Source of the DNA: Octopus vulgaris
Lineage: Eukaryota
Reading direction: 5' to 3'
Length of the DNA: 64,000 nucleotides
Assembly: GCA_951406725.2 (NCBI GenBank)
Contig: OX597828.1
Coordinates: 48,546,001-48,610,000 of the forward strand
A program made the translations under genes and the position numbers. The first letter of the stretch is position 1, and each line of letters begins with the position of its first letter. This document shows, in pieces, positions 53,035 through 64,000 of this stretch. The notes below the pieces were generated by a model. The model had not been told where the DNA came from and made no database searches. It worked only from the letters and a program-made list of their open reading frames with translations.

Positions 53035-54661
53035 ATTGATTGATTGATTGATTGATTGATTCTAGTTTCAGCTTATGAGCTGTGGCCATGCTGGGGCACC
53101 GCCATTTGGTGTTGCTACTTGGTTTCACTTCACGAAAGCTTTCTAGCAACTGCCATTTGGTGCATGAGAGAGTTCGATGCAGCTGCCCTCATCTGCCCCT
53201 CCTGCCGTGAAGTTGGTTCATCTGGGACACCTGACAGGAAGAGATCCAGCTTCATTTTAAAGACATCTGCATCCACCCCATGCAGGTCTCTCAGGTTCTT
53301 CGGGAGGATATTGAAGAGCTGTGGGCCTCGGAAGCCCAGGCTATCACAGAATCTTGTCCTACATCTTGATGGCAAGTTTGGAGTCCTAGGCACCACGCAG
53401 TGGCGCCCAGTTCTGGCATTTGCGTAACTCTCGATGCCAAAGTTTAGGACACGTCCCTCCAGGATCTTCCAGATGTATATTATGGCATGTCTTTCCCGCC
53501 TACGCTCCAGGGAATATAGTTTTAATTTCTTGAGTCTTTCCCAGTAGCTTACATTCTGCATAGAGGCTATCTTCTTCGTGTAGCTACGTTGGATCGCCTC
53601 GAGCTCTGTGATCAACTTGACACTGGATGGTGACCATAACTGAGAGCAGTAGTCAAAGTGGCTTAGGACAAGTGTCCTCCAGAGGACCATCATGGTTTCT
53701 TGTTCTCTTGTTCTAAAGGTTCTGAGGATCCATCCGGCCAGTCGTCTACATTTCATTGCCAATTTAGCAACATGTACACGAAAGGTCGCGTCATCACTCA
53801 TGTAAATACCTAGGTCACGCACTTATTGTGCCTCTGGGATTGCTATTCCTCCGGGTCCAGTGTATTCATTGGGTATTGCATTTAGTTTTGCATGCTGATA
53901 GTATAGAGCTTGAAACTTTTCAGCATTGAACTGCATGCTATTCTTTTCAGACAACTTGTATATTTTGTCCAGCTCACATTGCAGGTGTTTAGTGTCCTCA
54001 GGGTTCTGTATTGCCTGTGAAACTTTTGTATCATCTGCATAACTTGTGATCGTGGCTCTCTGCGTGGCTGAGGGCATGTCTGAGAGGGCCATTATGAACA
54101 GTAGTGGTCCCAGAACAGTGCCCTGCGGAACACCGCTCACTATTTGCGTGTTAATGGAAGTGGCCCCATTGGCTACTACCACCTGACTTCTATCTTTCAG
54201 AAAGTCATGAAGCCATTCTCCCAGTTTTCCAACTATGTTGAGATCACGCAGTTTGTGACATATCATTCCATGATCGACTTTATCAAAGGCCTTTGCAAAG
54301 TCGAGATATATCACTTCCACATTTGAGTGGTTGAGCAACCGTTTCAGCACCCAGTCATAGTGTTGTAGGAGCTGAGTTAAACAGCTTCTCCCTGGTCGGA
54401 AACCATGTTGGGTGTCGGGCAGCAAGTCATTCTCTTCAAGGAAGGTGATCAGCTTCCTTCTGACTATTCGTTCCATGACCTTGCTGATGTGTGAGGTCAG
54501 AGAGATAGGTCTGTAGTTCTTGGCTTCCGCTCTGCTACCTCCTTTATGAATGGGGCATATTTTACCTTCCTTCAGTTTTCTTGGAAGTTTGCCAGCTGCA
54601 AGGAAGCTCTGAAAGAGGAACTGCAGTGGTCTTGCTAGGACTCTCTTACATGCTTTTAGGA

Positions 54662-54663
<2 letters not shown>
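53035..54663 (-). mobile_element. 5'-truncated CR1/L2-like non-LTR retrotransposon, reverse transcriptase plus 3' end
   Basis: RT motifs NYRPISLTS, QHGFRPGRSC, YLDFAKAFDKV, SGVPQGTVLGPLLF, SYADDTK. One in-frame TAA at 53825-53823 separates the two track ORFs. C-terminal LYSLERRR motif; (ATCA)n tail at about 53035-53062. Confidence 0.92.
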
Positions 54664-54756
<93 letters not shown>

Positions 54757-55226
54757 TATATGTATATGTATATGGGTATATGTACGATAATACGTATATA
54801 TATGTACGTGTGTGTTTGTGTGAGTATATGTGTATGTGTGTGAGAGAGAGAGAGAGAGAAAGAGTATATGTATGTACGTGTGTGTAAGGTTTTATAATAG
54901 GTAGCTGGTATTACACTTGATCTCTCCGCTAATGAAGTGCGACATGGTGCACAAAGCCTTGCATGAAGCGTGTAACTGACTGTAACCAAACTATTCTCCT
55001 GTCCTTTGTATCTCAATCTAACATGGCCGCCCAGTCGGCTCGTCAGAGCACGTAAGATTATTGGTTTTGTGTCATTAAGGACATTTTTACATATGGTTAA
55101 TGTCCCACTTCATTTTAAGTCCTTCAATTAAAGGAATTTAAAAGGGACCCACCCAGTATTACAGCAACAACAATAATAACATCAAAAGCGACGGTATTTA
55201 TAGAAACAAGGAGGAAGCCTCTAGCC

Positions 55227-55415
55227 TAGTGGTTCTTAACTTTTTAATATCCGGGTCAAATCCAAAATCTGGATATTTTAGGGGTCACACCCAAAAAGTA
55301 AAACACAAATCAATTAAAGAAAAATTTATATTTATCGAGATAAGACCGTCGAGGGCCGCCAGAAGGATGCGTGAGGGCTGCATACGACCCTGGAAGCCGC
55401 GGCTGAGAACCGCTA
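55227..55415. mobile_element. hAT (Charlie-like) MITE
   Basis: TIRs TAGTGGTTCTTAAC / GCTGAGAACCGCTA, flanked by 8-bp near-duplications CTCTAGCC and TTCTAGCT resembling the NTCTAGAN target. Confidence 0.7.
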
Positions 55416-55919
55416 TTCTAGCTGGTGATTTCTTGCTAGAAATACTTAGCAAGTCTCCTTCATATGGTGAAGGCGCTTGGCCTAGGTGTTATGGTGATGC
55501 ACACGTGATCGTATGATTGTGGTTCCGATTCCTCGATCGAGCAGTATGTTGAGTTTTTGAGCAAAACATTTCATTTCATGTTATTCTATCCTATTCTATC
55601 TGTAATTAAATAACCCTGCGCCGGACTGGCGTGAAGGGGGATATTGTGACCTTGGTCACTTACACGCCATGGAACCCAGGTATACGGCCATATGAATCCT
55701 GGGGCTTAAAGCTGTAGTGTTCAGAAAACTTGCTTCATATCACTCATAGATTTACGTGCGAACATTTATATGGAGATACAGAATGCTTTAGGTACGACCA
55801 GGTATGATAGAACCCGGGTCGTAATGGTTGGAACATCTTTCATGTTGGTCTGTTCTATAAAGAGCTGCTCTGACTTTTAAACAACAACAAAAATAGTAAA
55901 AACAGTAAAACACATAGTA

Positions 55920-56151
55920 AGGCGGCGAGCTGGCAGAAACGTTAGCACGCCGGGCGAAATGCTTAGCGGTATTTCGTCTGCTATTACGTTCTGAGTTCAA
56001 ATTCCGCCGAGGTCGACTTTGCCTTTCATCCTTTCGGAGTCGATAAATTAAGTACCAGTTACGCACTGGGGTCGATGTAATCGACTTAATCCCTTTGTCT
56101 GTCCTTGCTTGTCCCCTCTATGTTTAGCCCCTTGTGGACAATAAAGAAATA
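55920..56151 (+). mobile_element. SINE family B
   Basis: Full consensus monomer GGCGGCGAGCTGGCAG...TAAAGAAATA. Confidence 0.88.
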
Positions 56152-56159
56152 AAAAGTTG

Positions 56160-57182
56160 TAAAAACAATAGCAACAACAATAATAACAGCAAGAACAACA
56201 ATAGCAACAACAACAAAAGCAATGATAACAACAGCGCCAACAACAATAGCTACAACAACAACATTTGCAATATCAACGAAAACAATAATAGCCACAACAG
56301 CAACGGCATTACTAACAGGAACAACAATAGCAACGACAATAGCAACAGAAAAAACAGCAACAACAACAAAAATGATAAAACAATAGCGACAACAATAAAA
56401 GTAATAATAACAACAACAGTAACAAAACCAACAACAACTGTAGCCACAGCAGCGGCAACAACAACATTTGCAACATCAGCGAAACCAATGATAGCAACAG
56501 CAACGGCAACGACAATAGCAACAGGAACAATGACAGCAGTAGCTACAACGACAGGAGTAACAACAATCCTAGCAACAGCGAAAACAACAATAATAACAAC
56601 AACACCAACAACAGTAGCAACAGAAAGAACGACAACTGTGATGATAGCAACAGAAATAGCAACAATAACAACCAACAACAATAGCAACAACAAAAAAAAA
56701 ACAATAATAGCAACAATACCAACAACAGTAGCAACAAAAAGAACGACAAACTATGGCGATAGCAACAGAAATAGCAACAAAAACAACCAACAATAATCCT
56801 AGCAACAACAACAACAAAAACAATAATAGCATCAACAACAGTATCAACAGAAAGAACAACTATAACAATAGCAACAGAAATAGCAGCAAAAACAATCATA
56901 ACAACAACACAGACGACAATAACAACAACAATAATAGCAACAACACCGACAGCAGTAGCAACAGAAAGAACGACAAACTTTGGCGATAGCAACAGAAATA
57001 GCAACAAAAACAACCAGCAACAATCCTAGCAACAACAAAAATAATAATAGCACCAACAACAGTATCAACAGAAAGAACGACAACTATAACAATAGCAACA
57101 GAAATAGCAACAAAAACAACCAACAACAATAATAACAACAACAATAGCAACAACAACAAAAACAACACAGGCCACAATAACA
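56160..57182. repeat. Degenerate (AAC/AGC)n low-complexity tract with internal duplication
   Basis: The block AGAACGACAAACT.TGGCGATAGCAACAGAAATAGCAACAAAAACAACC occurs at about 56740 and 56967. Confidence 0.85.
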
Positions 57183-57696
57183 AGGGAGCACCAAAGGCAA
57201 ACGTAGCAACAAAGTATGCGAAACTATAATCTACTTCGAGAGAGTAATTAGATTTAAAGCATTTTCTAAACTAAAGCAACCGACATGTTTAAAAGACGAA
57301 AGGAAGAGGGTGTAGTGTGGCGGGGGGGCAGGGAGTGCAGTATTTTGCTTTATTTATTTATTTATTCACTTATTTATTTATGTATTTCTAAAACCTTTTT
57401 ATTTAATATTATTCGAGGAGCGGAGAGATGGGGTGGTGGTGGTGGGGGGGGGTAGTGTGTAGCTTGACTGATATCACGTGACTCGCAGCTTCGACAAACT
57501 TTGCCATGCATCATTAAGAAACATATACAACAGTTGCATTCTAGCTTTGAACTTGTTTACGAAAAAACACCAATTCATCATATATGCATACATGTGTATA
57601 AATATATATGTATATATATATATACATACATGTGTATATATATATATGCATACATATATATATGTATATATACATACACATATATACATATATACA

Positions 57697-57742
<46 letters not shown>

Positions 57743-57757
57743 TACATATATGTATGC

Positions 57758-57805
<48 letters not shown>

Positions 57806-57812
57806 TTATATG

Positions 57813-57848
<36 letters not shown>

Positions 57849-57949
57849 CACGTATATGTGTGTGTGTGCCTGTATGAATATGTATGTATATATGTATATA
57901 TATATGTGTGTGTGTATATATATATATATACACACACACACATACATCT

Positions 57950-57981
<32 letters not shown>

Positions 57982-58018
57982 ATATATATATATATATTTT
58001 TTATTATATATATAAATA

Positions 58019-58072
<54 letters not shown>

Positions 58073-58324
58073 AATATATATATATTATTTTATATATATG
58101 TATATATATATATTATTTTAAACTATTCTTAGTGTGTCTGGACTTCCTTTCGTTTGTTCAGCACATGTATAAGGGTTGAAATTACTCCAGACGGGGACAT
58201 AATTCTACATCACACACACACACACCCACACACACCCACACACACACACACACACACACACATTCAGATTTATTAGGTGGTGGGATAAAGAATTCTTAAA
58301 GGAAACAAAACTCTTCGGAGTTTT

Positions 58325-58612
58325 TACATCGCATAGCAAATATACAATTTACTCTCCTCGAGATAATCTTCCTGCAGCACACTGCACGACTCCTCTTTCC
58401 TCTCCGATTTCTCAGAACAATAATAAGAACAAACCATCGCCTCACCTTTCAAATTTGAAAGCAACATCTCTTTCAGAGATCGCACACTTGACGAAGAGAT
58501 TCTAAAGCACCTCAAACAAGCTCCTCAATTATTTGGAAAGCTTAGGAAATGAGCCCTTGTAAACAAGCCCTCTCAGCTCTATACCAAGGTTCTCGTCTTC
58601 AGAGCTGTCTAT
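58325..58612 (+). mobile_element. Degenerate RTE-type LINE fragment
   Basis: RTLDEEILKHLKQAPQLFGKLRK...TKVLVFRAV, interrupted by stops. Confidence 0.55.
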
Positions 58613-58696
58613 TTGAATTCAGAATGTAACGACGGGCGAAATGCCGCTAAGCATTTTACCCGGCGTACTAATGATTCTGCCAGCTGGCCCCTTATA

Positions 58697-59134
58697 TACG
58701 AGGGGATGTTGAAGAGTTTCTGGTATTAAGTGTAGTTCATTTATAGAGTCATCTCTTGTGAAGGGTTGGTGAGTCCGGTTTGCTGGACATTGTTGTAGAG
58801 CTGAAAACGAGGCAATTTCTCTTCTTCTCCTCTGGAAGCCATCTACACGCAATACCAGAGGGCGCACACTCTCCTATCCTGATGTAATCTCCAGGGATAC
58901 AGGCATCCAGCAACAGGACCTCCGTAATGCCATGATGGACCGTGAAGTCTGGCGTAGCATGGTAAATTCCATTGTCTCGACCACGGTCGAACAATGATGA
59001 TGATGATGATTTATTGAGTTTAGAATAACTGAAGGACCGCTGCAATATGTGTGTGAATCGAATAAGATCATAATTAACTGATCCTCATGTATTTTCTTTT
59101 ACCCAAAACCAAGAACTTTTCAGTACCCTCTCTA
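58697..59134. mobile_element. Mariner-type MITE interrupted by the RTE insertion
   Basis: Ends TACGAGGGGATGTTGAAGAGTT ... AACTTTTCAGTACCCTCTCTA; the right half matches 52500-52612. Confidence 0.55.
58746..59010 (+). mobile_element. RTE-type LINE 3' end with (TGA)n tail, nested in a MITE
   Basis: VRFAGHCCRAENEAISLLLLWKP...GRTLSYPDVISRDTG...DLRNAMMDREVWRSMV, stop, then (TGA)n. Confidence 0.75.
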
Positions 59135-59769
59135 CAGCTTACATATTAAACACACGGTGACCTTTAGTGTCCAGTATTGTCAGAAAATCTTCCCGGTCAC
59201 CTGGTGCTATAGGGTTACGCATTTAGAAGTTTTAAGCGGAACCAACACCAGCTACAATGAACCTGCATTCTTGGAGCATAAACTAAGATAATTCAAGCTT
59301 GTATTGCGCAGATCTGACTTGCATCTCCGTTGAGTGTAGACGGCTTCCCTGTGTCACTCCCTCGCCGTTCTCAGAAAGCGTTCGTAATATTTTCTCTCGT
59401 TTGGCTTAACAGCCCTCAATGTCTGTGTTACTGTTATTCTCCTTGTCCTGTCTTTTATTGTTTATATTCTGTACTGTCTTTACTGTCCTGTTTTTGTTAC
59501 CATTTTTACCCCTCCGCAAAAAAATCTCAAATTTTATTTAATTTGCCTTTTGTATACATGTGTGTGTTTGAGTGTGTGAGCGCGCGCTCATATGTATGAG
59601 TATAGCATAGACGACGTTGCACGTATGGAGCTGTAAAGTTTGCCATATGTATGTATATACATTTATATATCTGCAGGTCTACACGTTTATATTTGCACAT
59701 ATCACAGGCTACAGCCTAGTCGGGAAACTCGAAATATTTTCTCATAGCTCGTAGCTATAATTTCCTAAT

Positions 59770-59992
59770 TAACCGTGTCTTTTCTCGTTTGTGAAGCCCA
59801 GCTTCTCAACATTGCTACCGAGGCAGTTAATTACAAATCCAAGTGCTTTGATAATTACCAGTCTAAATCTTAAGCTATAATCCGTGTGGAGTGTATACAG
59901 ATCTCTCTTTAGCTCGGCAGAGGTGTTTTCTTTCATGCTAATCTTTAACATCATGTTAACATCTTCTGGGCAACTGATTTCCACAACTTGTA
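59770..59992 (-). mobile_element. RLE-type non-LTR retrotransposon fragment
   Basis: VVEISCPEDVNMMLKISMKENTSAEL...FRLVIIKALG resembles the E..CP...K..KY..L...P.I.GALG pattern of RLE domains. Confidence 0.5.
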
Positions 59993-60250
59993 CGCATGTA
60001 CATACACATGTATACATATATTCGTTCGTGCGTTTTCTGTTCATTTTTCCACGATGACATGGGCTACACGTACATATTAGTAAGGTATGGGTTTTTTTCA
60101 AGTCGGATACCGTTCCTGTCGCTAACTCTAATCTGTTTGTCAAGCAATGGGCCTTTTTTTTTATTTTCCGTGTCTTCGAAGGCGCAAAACGAACGAACGA
60201 TTTGTTCACAGGGGAAGTGATAATGATGACAACGCCCGTAGTAAGCAACT

Positions 60251-60634
60251 GTGGAGGCGCAATGGCCCAATGGTTAGGGCAGCGGACTCGCGGTCATAGG
60301 ATCGCGGTTTCGATTCCCAGACCGGGCGTTGTGAGTGTTTATTGAGCGAAAACACCTAAAGCTCCACGAGGCTCCGGCAGGGGAAGGTGGTGATTCCTGC
60401 TGTACTCTTTCACCACAACTTTCTCTCACTCTTACTTCCTGTTTCTGTTGTACCTGTATTTCAAAGCGCCGGCCTTGTCACTCTCTGTGTCACGCTGAAT
60501 ATCCCCGAGAACTACGTTAAGGGTACACGTGTCTGTGGAGTGCTCAGCCACTTACACGTTAATTTCACGATCAGGCTGTTCCGTTGATTCGGATCAACCG
60601 GAACCCTCGTCGTCGTAACCGACGGAGTGCTTCC
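60251..60634 (+). mobile_element. tRNA-derived SINE family C, full length
   Basis: tRNA-like head GGAGGCGCAATGGCCCA.TGGTTAGGGCAGCGGACTCGCGG...GGTTTCGATTCCC; tail ...GTCGTCGTAACCGACGGAGTGC. Confidence 0.85.
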
Positions 60635-60727
60635 CTCCCTAAGTAAGCAACTTCCCCAAAGCGCAAACGTAAACAAACAACACACCGACGCGCATGCACA
60701 TATACACATTCACACACATAGACACGA

Positions 60728-60787
<60 letters not shown>

Positions 60788-60841
60788 TCACGTTCATACG
60801 TTCATATGTTAAGTTCTAACTGAAGAGAATAATCACAGTAC

Positions 60842-60941
60842 CTGGGAGCTGAAAGATCCAGCTTTGAGATGTTTGGTGCCAGACCATATTTGGGTGGACT
60901 AGACTCAATATAATCAGTCAACAATGTCTCTTGAATATCAC
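60842..60941 (-). CDS. madd-4: ADAMTS-like linker exon
   Basis: Acceptor taattacag|GT, donor CCCAG|gtactg; 100 nt, phase 1 to 2, open frame (G)DIQETLLTDYIESSPPKYGLAPNISKLDLSAP. Phase-compatible with the preceding exon and placed like the inter-TSR linker of ADAMTSL1/3. Absent from the ORF track. Confidence 0.75.
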
Positions 60942-61144
60942 CTGTAATTAATAGGAATAAAATGTAATTAGCAATGCCTATGAGAGTTAATTATCAATGC
61001 TCTAATGTAGTTAATTAGCATGCCTACAATAGTTAAAACTATATATTTTAAGCAATATTATTTCAATATAATATTTCCCCTTCGACTAAGACGCTGAGGT
61101 CAACAAATTAAGGACAAGATTGACTAAACAACAAGGCTGACAGC

Positions 61145-61292
61145 CTTTGACAAGTTTGATTACTTTTGACAAGCTTGACAACTTTTGACAAGCCTGACTA
61201 CTTTTGACAAGCGTGATTAGTTTTGACATACTTGACTATTTTTGATAAAAATGACTACTTTTGACAAGTTTGACTACTTTTGACAAGGCTGA
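61145..61292. repeat. 19-bp tandem repeat (CTTTTGACAAGYTTGACTA)n, about 8 units
   Basis: TTTGACAA recurs every 19 nt. Confidence 0.85.
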
Positions 61293-61779
61293 TTGACGAA
61301 CAATAAAGGTGTTCGAGACGAATTGGTGACTCTGATTTGAGATTCAGTACTGAAATGAACTTTTCGACATCTTTTTCTGACACTCGTTACAGTACCCTCG
61401 ATGTGTCTCACTGTGTAATTGGTACATCCAACCAGTGGATTTAACACATAACACAGCCGTGACACATTACACAGTCGTGAGCATTTTAACGCCGAGGTGC
61501 CAATCAGTGTCAATAGAAGTGGATTCGTTCGACTTTCGGTCTTTTTCTTTTAACATTTTAAAGTCCACTTTTCTATGTTTGCATGCGTTAGACGGAATTC
61601 ATTGAGTCAGATATTCCACAGACGGATGTCCTTCCTGTTTATAAGTAAGGAATATTTTGCAGCAGTTAGACATATTTTCTCGGAAGATTTAAAACGAGGA
61701 CTCCGCTTGTATGACGGTGACACTCACAGAACTTTCGCTTGTCACTTTTCTTAACGCAGAAGATGTATATATATGTATA

Positions 61780-61912
61780 AGGCGAGCTGGCAGAAACGTT
61801 AGTGAAATGCTTGGCAGTATTTCGTCTGTCTTTCCGTTCTGAGTTCAAATTCCACCGAGGTCGACTTTGCCTTTCATCCTTTCGGGGTCGATAAATTAAG
61901 GCACCATCGGGG
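61780..61912 (+). mobile_element. SINE family B, 3'-truncated
   Basis: Head and core only. Confidence 0.8.
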
Positions 61913-62016
61913 TTGTTTTGTCAAATTGGGGCAGCAAAGGGTGCTGCAGTGGCCCCACTACGTTCCAAAAGTTTGAAAGAATCTTCACATAATAATGCTT
62001 CGTGTGTGGCACTTAC

Positions 62017-62155
62017 CGGACCTTTCGAAGCAAGGTAAATTAGTTGTACACGTCTGACTTGTAGTTGGCTTTTCTTCTTCCTCACACGTGTTGTTACCAC
62101 TATTACGGCAGATAACCACGCGATGTTGAATGCCGAAGCCACACGTAACACTACA
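62017..62155 (-). CDS. madd-4: ADAMTS-like internal exon, TSR1 repeat continuation
   Basis: Acceptor attttatttcag|TGT, donor TCCG|gtaagt; 139 nt (phase 0 to 1) encoding CSVTCGFGIQHRVVICRNSGNNTCEEEEKPTTSQTCTTNLPCFERS(G). Joins the previous exon in frame to give WSP-CSVTCG. Confidence 0.9.
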
Positions 62156-62519
62156 CTGAAATAAAATTACAAAAGAAGAATTAAATAAAGAAGAAAGAAT
62201 ATGCAGAAAGAACTCCATCTTCACTCACATACGTACGCACACATACAAATTATTATATATCTAAGTTCTCTATACTTCAATGAAGAGGATTAATAAGAGC
62301 GAAACATGCCCAGAGTTGTCTCCTTACAGAATCAATGATCTGACTCACTACGTCACTGAATGACTTGTACTTTTAATTACTTTACAATATAGGGTTATAT
62401 CCCATTTTTTTTTTTGCGTGTGTTCAGAATTAATGAGCAAAATAATAACAGGGTTTTCTGATTAAGGATGGAAATTTAACTGATTAAAGTTCCTTGGTTT
62501 CGTACACTAGGATTCATGT

Positions 62520-62520
62520 C

Positions 62521-62559
<39 letters not shown>

Positions 62560-63000
62560 AGAGGAGGAGACGGAGGGGATGTGTAGGAGAAAGAGGATGG
62601 TAGGAGAAGTAAGAGAGGGAGAAGATGAAAGGTGAGGAAGAAGAGGAGCAAAGGGGAGAGAAAAAAAGTAGGATAGAAACTGAAGAAAAGAAAACAGGGC
62701 CAGGGTAGAAGGGGAGGAGGAAGAGTAGGAGAGAAGGTGGGTAGGAAGATTAGAAGTAGAAGGGAGAGAAGAGGAAGGTGAAAGGCGAAGACGATGCTGG
62801 TGATGATGGTGATGATGACGAGGAGGGGAGGAGGAAGGGAGGAGGAAAGAAGGCGGAGGAAGGAAGGAGAAGGAGTAAGGAAAGAAAGAAAGAAGGAAGA
62901 GAAGGGAAGGTGGACAAGGAGGAGGGAAAGAAGAGGGTAGTAAGAGGAGGGAAGGAGGAGGGGAAGAAGAAGAAGAAGTGGATGATGATGATGATGTTGT

Positions 63001-63035
<35 letters not shown>
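62520..63035. repeat. (GTA)n, polypurine tract and (GAT)n in the intron between two TSR exons
   Basis: About 420 nt nearly pyrimidine-free on the plus strand. Confidence 0.85.
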
Positions 63036-63058
63036 GTGGTGTTTGTGTTTATACTTAC

Positions 63059-63260
63059 GGGAGACCATTCTCCGGCATACCATCGAGGACAAATATCAGT
63101 GTTACAAGATTTGTATTCCGAAGGTTGCAGCTGCTTACAGAATTGATCTTCTACCCATCGCGCTTGACCGGAAGGTCCGTATTCCATACAACTTACTTCT
63201 CTCAGACTGGTCCCTCCACCACAAGTCATGGTGCAAGGCTGCCATTCTTGTGCCTCCCAC
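63059..63260 (-). CDS. madd-4: ADAMTS-like (ADAMTSL1/3, punctin, MADD-4-like) internal exon, TSR1 repeat
   Basis: Acceptor ccaattccag|G, donor TCTCCC|gtaagt; 202 nt (phase 2 to 0) encoding (R)WEAQEWQPCTMTCGGGTSLREVSCMEYGPSGQARWVEDQFCKQLQPSEYKSCNTDICPRWYAGEWSP. The WxxxxWxxCxxxCGGG..R.V.C pattern is a TSR1 repeat and closely follows my recollection of ADAMTSL1 (RWEA.PW..C..SCGGG..SRAVSCVE...CPKWLAQEWSP). Orthology needs BLAST and a tree. Confidence 0.9.
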
Positions 63261-63536
63261 CTGGAATTGGATGGAAACTGAAGAATGTAACACACTGCCG
63301 GGCCGAGAGGCGAACTATGTTCACAGTCTTTTACAGGTTAACGAGACTTAAATGTTGCTTTACAAGGTGTGACATTTTGAATGGCGGAGTGGTGATTGTC
63401 AACCATTTATTTCTTTACCTATGGGCCCCTTCTATTACTATGTTATTGTAGGGGATCCCTATAACCACTCAGTGTTTCAAAGCTAGTTTTATAGATACTT
63501 CTTTCAAAATTCCTATTTTGTTTTTCACACGTTCAC

Positions 63537-63954
63537 TTACTCTTTTACTCTTTTACTTGTTTCAGTCATTTGACTGCGGCCATGCTGGAGCACCGCCTTC
63601 AGTCGAGCAAATCCACCCCGGGACTTATTCTTTGTAATCCCAGTACTTATTCTATCGGTCTCTTTTGCCGAACCGCTAAGTGACGGGGACGTAAACACAC
63701 CAGCATCGGTTGTCAAGCAATGCTAGGGGGACAAACACAGACACACAAACATATACACACACATACACATATATATATACATACATATATACGACAGGCT
63801 TCTTTCAGTTTCCGTCTACCAAATCCACTCACAAGGCATTGGTCGGCCCGGGGCTATAGCAGAAGACACTTGCCCAAGATGCCACGCAGTGGGACTGAAC
63901 CCGGAACCATGTGGTTGGTTAGCAAGCTACTTACCACACAGCCACTCCTGCGCC
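63537..63954 (-). mobile_element. SINE family A, full length, in the ADAMTSL intron
   Basis: Near-identical to 40826-41243 and to the reverse complement of 4018-4460. Confidence 0.9.
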
Positions 63955-64000
63955 TTCTATGGGCTTGCAATATCACTCTCGGAGAGACCATGTTTCAGTG

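Noticed and set aside
54664-55016. N-terminal extension of the RT ORF
   Set aside because: Read-through of (TA)n and flanking DNA; LINE homology stops at about 54663.
56134-57183. Asn/Thr-rich and hydrophobic ORFs
   Set aside because: Degenerate trinucleotide low-complexity tract.
60251-60325. tRNA gene
   Set aside because: The tRNA-like sequence is the head of a multicopy SINE and continues into a shared body with no oligo-T terminator.
61145-61292. CRISPR-like array
   Set aside because: Contiguous tandem units with no unique spacers, no cas genes, eukaryotic context.

Overview
Eukaryotic, AT-rich, microsatellite-saturated genomic DNA. The tRNA-derived SINE families and repeat landscape suggest an octopus (coleoid cephalopod) genome; this is inferred, not database-checked. 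The only convincing host coding sequence is three minus-strand, phase-compatible exons (63260-63059, 62155-62017, 60941-60842) encoding thrombospondin type-1 repeats of an ADAMTS-like protein most like ADAMTSL1/3 (punctin)/MADD-4. I found no further TSR exon, so the remaining ~60 kb is probably one large intron. That interval holds three SINE families, CR1/L2-, RTE- and R4/Dong-type LINE remnants, a mariner remnant, MITEs, non-autonomous Helitrons, Penelope-type remnants, a 3-kb 15-bp minisatellite and telomere-like repeats. Main leads: (1) a candidate internal transcription unit ending in a signal-peptide ORF (37046-36756) whose possible donor has the same phase as the last ADAMTSL exon, i.e. 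a possible MADD-4B-like short isoform or a nested secreted peptide; (2) tandem and inverted repeats carrying minimal hammerhead-ribozyme motifs (7.2-8.4 kb, with variants elsewhere); (3) a SINE/LINE shared 3' tail, modular Helitrons and SINEs, and inverted repeats that could form dsRNA. Almost all ORFs in the supplied track are microsatellite artefacts. Repeat boundaries were read by eye and are approximate unless termini are quoted.
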